A stretch of DNA of 63,711 nt, filler included, from Reticulomyxa filosa (Eukaryota > Protista > Foraminifera): NCBI GenBank assembly GCA_000512085.1. It is 18 parts of 18 records of this genome, joined end to end, with 100 filler letters (N's around TTAATTAATTAA, not from the genome) between each part and the next. Parts side by side here need not be neighbours in the genome. Positions count along the whole stretch, not along the records: positions 1 to 9,181 come from ASPP01028742.1; positions 9,282 to 11,395 come from ASPP01015763.1; positions 11,496 to 13,060 come from ASPP01027844.1; 15 more parts are not named here. One strand, 5' to 3'. Positions 1-11,570 of the stretch are shown here, in pieces (the first letter of the stretch is position 1; each line of letters opens with the position of its first letter). The translations under genes and the position numbers were made by a program. The notes under the pieces are model-generated. The model ran no database searches. It was not told the origin of the DNA and was given only the letters and a program-made list of their open reading frames with translations.

Positions 1-1327
1 TTTTTTTCGTACAACATTTTTTTAAGAAAGATAACAGTGCTCTTGCAGATATCTGGTAAGTTTTGGATACACTGCACCTATTTTTCATTTGAATATATTG
101 ACGTATACAAAAAATCACACAAGTTGTAATACACATATACATACTGACAAAATTGAATTCCAATTGCTTAAGTTGACTTGTAATAGTTTTTTGGTTGTCA
201 GATCAGACCCATTGATATTCTTCAAGAGATCAAGATAATTATTGTCAATTGTCGGGTTAATAAATTTTTTGACTGTTTCATTCAAATTATCTTCACGAAT
301 TAGAATATCCCCGAGTTCAATTGAAGATTGCAGACAATTAAATGCAACCAAAACGTCAAATTGGATATTTTTCCAGACAATTGTAACATAAGGTGATTCG
401 CCTATTATATACTCGTGTTCGACACGGTATCCCTCTTTGGAGATTTTTTGTGCAATCTGTTTGACCAATGCAACCAAGCCCAAAAAAAATGGGCGATAGA
501 CCATGTTTTCAATAATGCTGTGACTTGCCATTTGAAGTGTATTATGTGGAACGCTAAGCAGAAATACTACATTTCCATTGTACGAATCAGCAATTGCTGT
601 TCCTTTTTGAACACTTCCTCCCAATATCATTCCAGCCAAATTTGCATTTCCCCAATCGCTGTTATCTTTACATAAATTGAATACATTGGATAATTTCATC
701 TCTTTATATAGATTTTGTGCAGCTTCAATCAAAGCTTGGATTTGATGCTTGCGGATTTTATATCGATTCACTGCGGCTATCACATTCGAAAATGCCATCG
801 ATTTCGAGGATATACCGAAGTCAATAAAACGTATATCGTGGATAATCTTATCCACTTTTTTAGGTGTTTCTTTGACAGATAGTATGGAATCAACATTTGT
901 GCTCGAGTGCTGTTCAATATTTTCGCCACTTCAAAAAAAACAACAGACCAATTCAAAAACAAATCTTAAAACTATCACACTTTTTTTTTGCAATATTTAA
1001 ATAAGGGAAAGAAAAAAAAAGAAACAGAAACTTTGCTTCCTTTTTGGGATCTCTATTTTACCTTCTTACGCTAATTGCGACAACAGGCAGTGGCTCTATT
1101 GCATCCGCTTTACGCTTACCATTGATAGCTTCTAACAATCGTGTCTGCAGGTCCGTTGGTAGTTTCGTTTTTCGGAAGATCGTCACCCATAATTCGTACG
1201 GTAATTTGATCAAACAGGACACTGTTGTACAGTATTCTTCAGCCAATAACATACATATTACTTCGGCATAATCCAAGAGCAGTTCTTTCAAGAAATTATG
1301 CATTTCGTTATTTTTTTTTTTAATCAT
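1..1327 (-). CDS. OAS-like nucleotidyltransferase with N-terminal SAM-like exon, 3' truncated by contig start; DxD replaced by NxN
   Basis: Exon 1 (1327-1062) spliced via GT(1061-1060)/AG(930-929) reads in frame into the 115..855 ORF. Motifs GGSVQKGTAIADSYNGNVVFLL and FDVLVAFN match OAS GGS.KGT.....D.DLV.FL and FDVLPAFD. The next exon (about 77-1) reads VQCIQNLPDICKSTVIFLKK, like OAS F....P..LKSLIRLVK. Confidence 0.8.
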
Positions 1328-3205
1328 TGAAAAAATTTAATCTCGGGATTATAAAAAAAGGGATTCAATAAAAAACCCGTTGTTACCAACATTGTTTTTT
1401 GAAAGTTTTCTTTGGAATCATTTGTTGACTTTCCAATCAACTCTACAGATATTTTATACAATTTCTTTAAAAAAAAAGGAAACATCTCTTTAATATCCGT
1501 TCATTATCTTCACTATATGAAAAGTAATTAGAATTTTGATATTTGCATATTTTGAAATAGCAATACATTTGTATAATCTCTTCCTTGTTATCGAGTGGAT
1601 GCGCACAAAAGGTAGACTTTTCTTTGTTCTTCGGATCTGCCATTTGTGAACATTTCAAAATTTGTGAGTTGGGATTTTGATTATCAGTTCTGTCCATCGG
1701 TATCGCAAATAGATATCGATCATTATTTAGAGCCTATGGACATTGATTGTTATTTAGATGCTATGAATATCGACCTCCGTCCTGATACGATGGATAGAAC
1801 TGATAATCAAAATCCCAACTCACAAATTTTGAAATGTTCACAAATGGCAGATCCGAAGAAACAAAAAAAAATGTATTACTATTTCAAAATATGCAAATAT
1901 CAAAATTCTAATTACTTTTCATATAGTGAAGATAATGAACCGGATATTAAAGAGATATCTAGACATGGATTATAAAAAAACGGGTTCCAACAAAAAACCC
2001 GTTGTTACCAACATTGTTTTTTGAAAGTTTTCTTTGGAATTATTTGTTGACTTTCCAATTTCATAAAAAAAGAGGAGATTAAATTTTTTCAATGACTAAA
2101 AAAACTGATGACGAAATGGACAATGGTAAACGTAAAGCGGATGTCGCAATTAGCGTAAGAAGGTAAAAGAGATCAAAAAGGGGCAAATTTCCAGTCTTCC
2201 CTTATTTAAATATCGCAAAAAAATGTTAGAGTTTTAATTTACCTATTTGTTTTTGAATGACCTATTTTTGTTTTTTTTGAAGTGACGAAAATACTGAACA
2301 ATACTCGATCACAAATACTGATCTCATACGACTGTCAAAGAAATACCTAAAAAAGTGGATAAAATTCTCCAAGTATACGTTTTATTGATTTAGGTGAACA
2401 AGACGACAGTGACAAAGACAACGAAGACGATAATGATGTGTCCTCGAAATTAAGTGCATTTTCGAATGTGAGAGCCACCGTGAAGCGATATAAAATCAGC
2501 AACTATCAAATCCGAGCTGTTGCGGAAGCTGCACAAAGTTTATGTAAATATATGAACTCATCAATGTATTCCATTTATTTGAGAATAACAGTGATTGGGG
2601 AAAGGCAAATTTCGCTGGAATAATATTGGGAGGCAGTGTTCAAAAAGGAACATCAATTGCTGACTCGTACGATGAAGATTTAGTATTTCTGCTTAACGTT
2701 CCATATGATATACTTAAAACGGCACATCACTGCATTATTGAAAACATGGTCTATCACACATTTTTTTTGCGCTTATCCGCATTGGTCAAACGGATGGCAC
2801 AGGAAATCTCCGAAGGGGGATACTGTATCGAACGCGAGTATACAATAAGCAAGACACCTTATGTTGCAATTGTCTGGAAAAATATCCAATTTGATGTTTT
2901 GGTTGCATTTAATTGTTTGACATCTTCAATTGAACTCTGGGACATTCTGATTTGGGGAGAAAATTTGAATGAAACAGTCAAAAAACTTAGTAACTCAGCA
3001 ATTGACAATAATTATCTTGATGTCTTGAAGAATATCAATGGGTCTGATCTGACAACCAAAAAATTATACAAGTCAACTTAAGCAATTTTGTCGTATGTAC
3101 ATATTTATACATTCAAATGAAAAATAGGTACAGTTTATCAAAAACTTCCCAGATATATGCAAGAGCACTGTTATCTTTCTTAAAAAAATGTGGCAAAAAA
3201 AAAAA
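1..3205. repeat. Large inverted duplication (palindrome); arms 1-1704 and 1784-~3205, spacer 1705-1783
   Basis: 1627-1699 is the reverse complement of 1788-1860 with one mismatch. Similarity continues with indels through both OAS-like genes to the contig start. Confidence 0.92.
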
Positions 3206-4031
3206 AAAGTTTAATAAACTTCCAAAGAGCTACTCATTGGAAATAATCGTTGCAAGTGTTCACAAAACAGTCGAAAGAAGAAAAAAGCAAGAAGAAGAAA
3301 AAAAAGAAGATGACAATGAAGAAAAAAAAAATAAATCTAATAATGAAAAAAAAGAAAGGAAAAAAGTAGAAGAACGAGAAAAAGATCAAATCAATCAGCT
3401 ATTGAAAGAAGTTCTCAAGGCAATGATTAAATTTAGTAAAGAAAAGATTATTGTCCACAAGAAGGCATGTTCAAATTCGACGAGTTACAAAATTTTATCA
3501 TGAATATGTTAACGGACATAAGTGCAAATCAAATCGCCCAATTAACGAGAGAAATGGAAGCAATGCACCCCGAACAAACAATATTTATTATTGATCCATA
3601 TTTGCCAGGCTGTTCTTTTTCTATTCTTTATAAATAAATTCATAAAAACCATTTTTTTTCACACTTTACACTTATTACAATGAACAGTCTTTTATTCGCA
3701 ATTCATTCCCGTTGTAGAACATGACTTTACAAAATGGGTGGATCTATATGTGGAACTCGAGTTCATTCTACATAAGTTGGAAGAGTATGGGTCACGTGAT
3801 CTATATTTTACATTTGATCAACAATATGGACTAATTTGATCGCTTTCCGGTCTCAAAAAGAGTATGGATGAAGTTTCTTCTAACACCAACAAAATAGCTA
3901 ACAGTATAGACAAAATGAGTTCGAGTATAGATAATATGAGTTCGAGTATGAAGGACATAAATTCGAATATGGAGAAAATGACAGCAAAGTTAGATACCTT
4001 AAGTTCCGCGAATACAAAGCATATTGCATAA
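2092..4031 (+). pseudogene. OAS-like nucleotidyltransferase, second copy, frameshifted (probable pseudogene)
   Basis: Reverse-complement paralogue of 1-1327. It carries GGSVQKGTSIADSYDEDLVFLL, FDVLVAFN, VQFIKNFPDICKSTVIFLKK, KLPKSYSLEIIV (OAS LPPQYALELLT) and IFIIDPYLP (OAS PVILDPADP). Several 1-bp indels relative to the left copy (about 2330, 2372, 2560) break the frame. Confidence 0.8.
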
Positions 4032-4659
4032 ATTACTTCATTTTTCTCAATGATCTATTTTCAATTGTGAGCTTTTTTAAATACTTATGTCAAAAATTTA
4101 TCTTTCAAATTTAAAGCAATTTCAATTTTATTGCTTAAAATATAATACTCAAAAAAAAAGCTCTAAACGAATCACTATAACAGTCTTATTGATGAAAAAC
4201 TTTTTTTAATAATACAAAAAGTTAAGTTAATTTTCAACGATTCAAAAATATCTAGAAAATGGCATTTATGATTTTTCAAATTTCATGGAAAAGAGATTTG
4301 TAGTCACTAAATTGAAACATTTATCAAGATATTACCAACATCTCCCAAACAGTTGTCATGATATTGACTGAAAACTAATTGGATTTTTACTAAGAAATTG
4401 TTTCAACGGTCAATGATTCATCCATATTTTGGGTTGAGAGCAATCGATTTTCATTGAGTTATTGGCGACTTGTTTGCAATAAAATCGTTGACGTCTTCCT
4501 TCTGGTTCGGTTGTAAAGTCCAATTTTTATCAAAGCAAGACCGCTGTTGAAGATTATGTAGTTTTTTAAAGTTTTATTCAATTATTCAAACAAAAAAAAG
4601 AATATAATTAAGTTTATCCAAAAACTACATTGTAAAAAAAAAATTTATGTGCTTGTTTA

Positions 4660-5960
4660 TAGGATATTTGGACAGTGTATTTTTTATCGAGAGTTGTGTT
4701 GAATCGATTGCGTGGGGAAAGCTTTGTGATTACTTTGGTCGGAAGCCAATTTTGTTGGTTGGGCTATTTGCAAGTCGCATTACCAGTGCTATATTTGGCT
4801 TCAGTGTCGTTTCCAATGGCCGCTGTTATTCGTTTTTTTTGGTGTGGTGATGACTATACGTATACAGTATGTGCAGCCACCAAAAAAAAAAAAATTATAG
4901 ATCTAATGTATGATACATTTTTATTTTTTTTGTAATGATAAAATGTGAATGAAACAAATAAAGGGGAGCATTGGACGGTAATACAGGCGTAGTGGAGCGA
5001 TGATGGGGGTGGCTTGTCTCTCATTTTATTTTTCATTGTTGCTACACTGGTATGTGAAACTTCAAAAAAAAAAACTCAAAATCGACAAACACAAAATGAT
5101 GCAACGACTGTTCCCCCTTAAAAACACTGATGAAAGATCGCCGCCAGAAAAAAGAACCATTTGTGATGTTATTAAATCAAAAACGTATATGGGTTACAAC
5201 TGTGTTTTATGGATATGCATCCTTTTTAGCTACTGGTTTGCAAGCTATGGTTCCATTATGGGTATGAGTTGTATTATACATATATACGTATACGTATATA
5301 AATAACAATTAAAAAAACAAATAATAAATAAGTAGTTACAAAAATGGTTTATTTTTAATTTCCTTAAAAAAAAAACTAATGCGAAAGGTGTTGGAAAAAA
5401 AAAGAACCAATGGATTTGATTGGAAAGAAAGTGAGATTATTACGGTATTTGCAATAGCTGGTCCTTGTTACACGATATCGCAATTGGTACTGTTTCTAAA
5501 GTTTGTCAAGTGGTTTGGCTACATTGGCACAAGTAAAATAAACTCATTTGTTTATGGCGTTTTGATTATACTTATCTCGCATTTGTCTGTGTTTCGCTAT
5601 CTACCAACAAATATTGCCATTGCTATTCTCGTCTTAGCAATGGTGGCATTGTTTGTTTTAAGAGTCATGGTTTTCACATGCTGATGCTTCTGGTTCTTTT
5701 TTTTTTTTTTTTGTAAACAATCCTTTTTCTTTCTATCTTTTTTTTGACTATCTAATCGGTCAATTTTGTGATTGTGATGGATTAGACGTTCGTGCAACTG
5801 CAAATGGAATTGGACAGACATTTGGGTCAATAAGTCGCCTATTAGCACCTGTAATATTTATTCGTATTGTGTTCTTCGCATTGACGCCATGAGAGACTTT
5901 GGTCGCTTGTACTTGCGTATGTGGCGCGCTGATGTCAAATGGTTCTTGTAAAGCATATGT
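4660..5960 (+). pseudogene. MFS transporter (ZIFL/tetracycline-antiporter-like), fragmented
   Basis: MFS motif A-like WGKLCDYFGRKPILLVGL. Later exons give NGFDWKESEI..VFAIAG and ATANGIGQTFGSISRLLAP, with frameshifts and stops between pieces. Confidence 0.65.
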
Positions 5961-6029
5961 AGGTTTTTGCATTCTCTGTACATTTCTCAAAAAAACATAC
6001 ATATATATACGTATACATATGTATATAAA

Positions 6030-7086
6030 AGAGTTGCTTTGAGAGACTCGACGGATATTGAACTGGGTTTATTATTTGTGGTAATCTTTGGATTGAGCCC
6101 AGTGTTATTTCATTACCTGTTTTTAGTATACGCATTGGAGCGTTACAACTCATTGACTGCGTACTTGGCAGACGACTTTGGCATTGTACGCGACGTACGT
6201 GCACCAACCGACGCATCGTTGCAATTGCTTCAATCTGCCAACTTTGCCTTTGATCTGTCTTCACCGACGCACGTGCATGGTCAACTGCATGCAAACGGTG
6301 CAGTCTCATTCAAACATGCACTCGCAATTGCAGTCGTATTTACAATCGCAGTTGCAATTGCCTCGGCAGTCACGAGCCGAAGGAGAATATTGTAAGCCAT
6401 AATGACACCATAGAAACAGAACTCTCTCTGAATAAAGAGCAGCCAGTGCCGCCACTTGGAAGAAGACAAAACAAGTTTGATTTCATTCTTGCAAAAACAG
6501 AGGCAAAAGTTGGAATTGTCCCGGCGTGCTGTTTTTCCTTGCCGCCGAGTTGGTATTGTTTTGGGTCGCTTATAATCCTTATCAGTTCATTGCGAAGCAC
6601 AGTGGCTTTGCAATATTTATCGTCGTCGCAATCAGCCATGGTCTTAGCGTCATCTTCTCCGGCATGTTGACGTACTTGCATTTCACCAATTTGCATTTGC
6701 ATTTGGACATGTTCTTTTCATGGACGCACAGTCTCATATTTTTAGAAAAGGAACTCGATGACTTTTCATTGAAACGACAATATGCGCATTTGGACTTTGA
6801 CCGATCTTGCTTTTTAACATGTTTGCAAGAACTTTGCTCCGATTATTTGATCGCGCGTTTCATTCAAACGCGACTCCAAAGTCCTATTGCCGACGTCGTT
6901 AATTTGTACCTTTTTGGCTATGTCTTTCAGTCCGATTATTTGTTGCACCAAAGTCCGACTCCAACTTTCCGATCGTGGCAGCCCATTACACTGGATCAAC
7001 ATTGTCAAGTCCAACATTCGTATTCTGGAGATGAACAGCAAACTATCTCGTTGCTCAAACAAATATGTGCCTTGTCGTCCAATTGA
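6030..7086 (+). CDS. Hypothetical multi-pass membrane protein (frame breaks)
   Basis: GC-richer coding-like block with hydrophobic segments in ORFs 5967..6395 and 6526..7086. No family recognised. Confidence 0.4.
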
Positions 7087-8872
7087 ACTCTACTTTATGT
7101 ATTGTGTGTATTGCCTTCGATTGTTTTTTATTCGTTTGAAAATAAAATGTACAGATTTTTTTACATTTGTCAATTGTGTGCAGTTTTTTTATTGTTCAAA
7201 AAAAAAAAAAGATATTGGCAATGTTTTTTTTAAAACAAATTTCCATTTTTAAAAAAATACAAGAATTAGTAGTTCAAAAAAAGGGTTATATAATATAATA
7301 CGAATATCGTCATTGTAACTTGTTGTCCAACACAAACGAAAAAAATGATAAATTGCAAAAAAAGTTGACTTGTACAGCCAACATGCTAAACGTCAAATCA
7401 TTAGTTTAATCTTGCACCATTGGCTGGATACGCGCATGTATATAACGATGATTAAATCAAAACAACATACATATCATCGAGGGAAATAGTTGTGATGACA
7501 TTGCATTAGCACATGAATATAAAAATAAGCAAGTTGATAAGTGATCAATTAGTATATTCTTGTTTTTTTTGTGTAGAAATGTTATTATTTGATTGCAATG
7601 TCATACATGTTATATAAGATACTTTATTAAATTCATTGAAAAAAGAATGGAGCAAATGTTCTCTTCAACAAACTAGTTTTAGTAGAAACTAAAAACAGCA
7701 AAATTAATCTTTAACAAACTGCTAATAAAATAAATGAATTAATTTTACAATAATAAAAACATTAGGTGCAGATTTTGAGCAAATATTTGTAAATATGGAA
7801 AAGCAATGTTGCAAACAATAACTTCAAAAAACTATATATGTCGAATAAAACAAGTAGGACAACTTTCTTTATAACATGTGTATGGAAGAAAAATAAGGCA
7901 ACATCATAAAAGACCGACAAGTTATGAGTAGATTGTGCAATTTTCGAGCTATATTAAAAGAAAAAAAATTTATGTATACATTTATAATTGATACACACAA
8001 AAAAATAAAATACAATTGATTACAAAAACAATATTTAAAATCATTCTCGAACAATCGAAATTTCCGCATTTGAAAACATTTTTTAAAATTATGTCTACAA
8101 GTCGTGTAGAATCCAAAAGTGTTTCCTTTAAAAATGTTTTGAAGTATGAGAGAAATTGTAATTTTGTCTAAATTTTCAAAATTTCAGAAAAATAAAAATC
8201 TGTGTGAATGGGATTGATATAATCTATCTTTTTTTTGAATTTTCCTGACAATCCTTTTTTTTGAGATGAAAACTCTTGTCAATAATAAAAATATTATTGT
8301 TGCTATGAGAAGACCACTGAAATATTGACGTTTAAGATAAGATTATTATCAACTACTGTAGAATGAAATAAAATTTTACATATCTGTAATTAATGTGTCT
8401 TTATTGTTTGAATTTTGTAAATTTTTTAAAAAGTTGCTGTTATTCTTTCCCATAACTATAACATTTTTTAAGTATTTTCAAAGAATATTTATTGAATATT
8501 TTAAGTCAAAAATAACAATAACTTAGCGCAATAATTCTTAAAGGCTTTTATTTTGGAAAGAGAAAATAGTTATTAATTTTTTAATTAAAATAACAAAATA
8601 TGAGTTATAATTCTTTGCAATGTACTGTTTCTAGATCATGTAATATATTTTGTTTCTTTGTTTTACAATCCTTTTTTAAGGGGCCATCAAAAAGAAAATT
8701 CTATTTAAAAAAACTATTGCGACTATTATATCAATAAAAAATCTCTGAAAACATAGAAAACATTCTCCACAAGAACAGGGCGGGACAAGGGACTTTAAAA
8801 AAAAAATTGTCTTTTTCGTCAAATTTCCGCACTTTTAATATCAATCAAATAGATGACTGAGTTTATTCCCAG

Positions 8873-9100
8873 GTGTCTCATTTGGCGCAATGTAAAAATT
8901 CTGCAACGAACGTACAAATTTGGTAGTAAACCAATATTGACACCTGTCATCACCGAAAAATATGGTGGATGGTTTGGCAAGACTTTTGGAAGAAATTCAA
9001 AAGATATGCAAAACGCTGTTTCTGGAGCGTTTGTTGGAATGAGTGAAGTCGTATTGTTGCCGTTGGATGTCTTAAAAATTAAATCACAAACAAATCCTGG
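8873..9100 (+). CDS. GGC1: Mitochondrial carrier exon, GDP/GTP carrier (Ggc1/Yhm1-like)
   Basis: KILQRTYKFGSKP...SGAFVGMSEVVLLPLDVLKIKSQTNP closely follows yeast Ggc1 KVLQRVYKYGGQP...GEIVLLPLDVLKIKRQTNP. The carrier signature PxDxxK is present. Confidence 0.8.
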
Positions 9101-9181
9101 TATGCTTTTATGTAGTGTTGCTTAACACTTGTAGTGTGTTATATTTCAAAAAAATATATGTATACAAATCATAAAAAAAAA

Positions 9182-9281
9182 NNNNNNNNNNNNNNNNNNN
9201 NNNNNNNNNNNNNNNNNNNNNNNNNTTAATTAATTAANNNNNNNNNNNNNNNNNNNNNNNNNNNNNNNNNNNNNNNNNNNN
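9182..9281. other. Artificial contig spacer (N-TTAATTAATTAA-N); same spacer starts at 11396, 13061, 24119, 27240, 28412, 31646, 33401, 35310, 36410, 38068, 39752, 42539, 44360, 57242, 60039, 61881
   Basis: Identical 100-nt N blocks with a central six-frame stop linker. Confidence 0.97.
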
Positions 9282-9319
9282 AAAAAAAAAAAAGGGGTAT
9301 TTTTTCAATTTAAAAAAAG

Positions 9320-10003
9320 TTCACCCAACAGAGTTCGCATGTCTTTCGGAACATCAGATTGTTCGTTTTGAATATTCTTTAAAAAGATATCTTTCATCGA
9401 CAACCACGTGTCTTGTTTCTTACATGACGGTACCACCGGTCGCAGGTTTTCAGTTGGATTTTTTTTTCTACGGTCGCGCACCCTTTTTTAACATCATCAT
9501 TAACATCAAATCTCATTGTTACATTTTTAATTTCCCCCTCTTTTTTTTTCAAAAAAAAATTTCAAAAATTTACAAAACTGTCTTTTAGACTTTGACATGT
9601 GTCGTACGGCTGCTTTTTCAATTCGCTTTGCTGCTTTTGTTGCCAATTTTTGGTGAGCGGTGATCATCTTTTCGGCTTGCTTTCCGCTATCTTTACGTGT
9701 TTTCGCATCTTTTTCATAATTCTTTGTTCGTATGTTCAATTTGAATCCATCATCCACCACATCGTCTCCAAAACTTGTCAATATCGCATCCTCTTCTCCG
9801 ACTCGCTTTCGATTGTCTCCTCCCATTCCTCGATTTCTTTGGCCAGGATTTCGTGCTGGCCCGGAGCCGAACCAGTCCGCTACATAATTCACTACATCAC
9901 GTTTGCTGAAAGGAACAAACGGTAAGTCACTGAAAAGTGTTTGTGCATCTGAAGGAGGGCCCCAACAATCATGCTTAACTTCTGGAAACTCAAAAGTAGA
10001 CAT
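9320..10003 (-). CDS. EIF3D: Translation initiation factor eIF3 subunit D, N-terminal part
   Basis: FEFPEVKHDCWGPP...FSDLPFVPFSKRDVVNYVADW matches the eIF3d N-terminus (GWGP...PY.PFSK.D.LGKVADW). Confidence 0.8.
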
Positions 10004-11531
10004 TATCACCACTTTTTTTCTTAAAAAAAGCAGTTTTCCCTTTCTTTTTCGTCAAAAAAAGAAATTTCACGTAAGTATTTTACTATTGCCAGGTCGATAA
10101 TAAAATTAGCACTGCTTTCCGTTTATTTATTACAGATTTAATTAAAAAATCATTTATGCTATATGCAAATAATTTCAATTCGCTACGCAACTGATACAGC
10201 AGATGTTTCTTTCGTTCGACAGATATTAATCTTGTTTACAACCGTGCAAACAGAAATCAATAATTTTTTTGCAAATTTTTATTTGTTTAAATTTTATTGC
10301 TTTTTTTTTATACATTTTTTTTAATGCTATTGTAATTTAGAATTGTTTTTTGTTTTTTAAAGATCCAAGTTATAGTGTAATTTTTTAAATAGGACTTGCT
10401 AAAACTGTACCTGTCGCAAAAAATAAAAGTGAGAAAGTGTTTGTGACAATTGTGGACATTATAATGTGATATTAGTTAGAAAATGTATGATTAACGCATT
10501 GTTTTTGTCAGTTGTGGAAACGTAAAGGTGCGAAAGAGCAAACACGCAAAAAAGGGAAAAAATTGAAAAAAGAGAATTTTACAAAAGTAGACTAAATGTT
10601 GATTATTTTGATTATTGTATGACACTGTTTACAACATTTTGAGAATAATAATTTTCATTTTGTCTACCACATCGGCATTACTTGTTCGCATTTTTGTGTA
10701 TGTGTTACTTGTTAAAAGTACATTTCTAAGTTGCTTTTGAATAATATCAAACTAAGTTTAATCAGTTATTGTTTGATATTATAGTAATTATAAATATCGG
10801 TTTATGGTTTGCTGACTATCAATGACTTGCACAAATTGAAACACGAAAATATAACAAAATGATAATGACAATAATTAACAAAAACAGAATAATAAAATGC
10901 AATTATTATAATTAAGTTTCTAGAAAATGTATTTTAATATTCACTTAAACATTGATGCTAAATAGCTTATCATTGAATTACGTACATATACTAAATTCAA
11001 TGTTTCTTTGCAATACTAACAATTCAAACTTTTCTTCAAGTAATTATGTCATTATTACATTTCTTTTTCTAATTCGAAAATTTAGATATAATATTTTGTT
11101 TTTACTAAATGAAATTTGTGGTCACTATGTTAATATTATTACAAACAAGTACAATATATCATTCTGTCGTTTGATTATGTTTCTTTATACATACAATAGT
11201 TCGATATACTATAATAATACATATATTTCATAGTAGTTTTTATGTTTATATACACTAATAGTAACTACATGTCCAAAACAATGTAAAGTATATACACAAA
11301 AAAGAAAATATGTCAAGTGAAAGAATAACAAAACAATATATATTAAGTGATACAGTAAATTGCAAAAAAAACTGACATACCTAAATGGCACTATANNNNN
11401 NNNNNNNNNNNNNNNNNNNNNNNNNNNNNNNNNNNNNNNTTAATTAATTAANNNNNNNNNNNNNNNNNNNNNNNNNNNNNNNNNNNNNNNNNNNNAGAGA
11501 AGTGGTGGGATGTTATATACATATAACATAG

Positions 11532-11569
<38 letters not shown>

Positions 11570-11570
<1 letters not shown>

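Noticed and set aside
1646-1975. Overlapping ORFs 1467..1697(-) and 1646..1975(+) sharing peptide sequence
   Set aside because: A by-product of the palindrome centre; no independent coding evidence.
9182-9281. Recurrent TTAATTAATTAA palindrome as a biological repeat or CRISPR-like array
   Set aside because: Always centred in N runs. It is a concatenation linker, so gene adjacency across it is meaningless.
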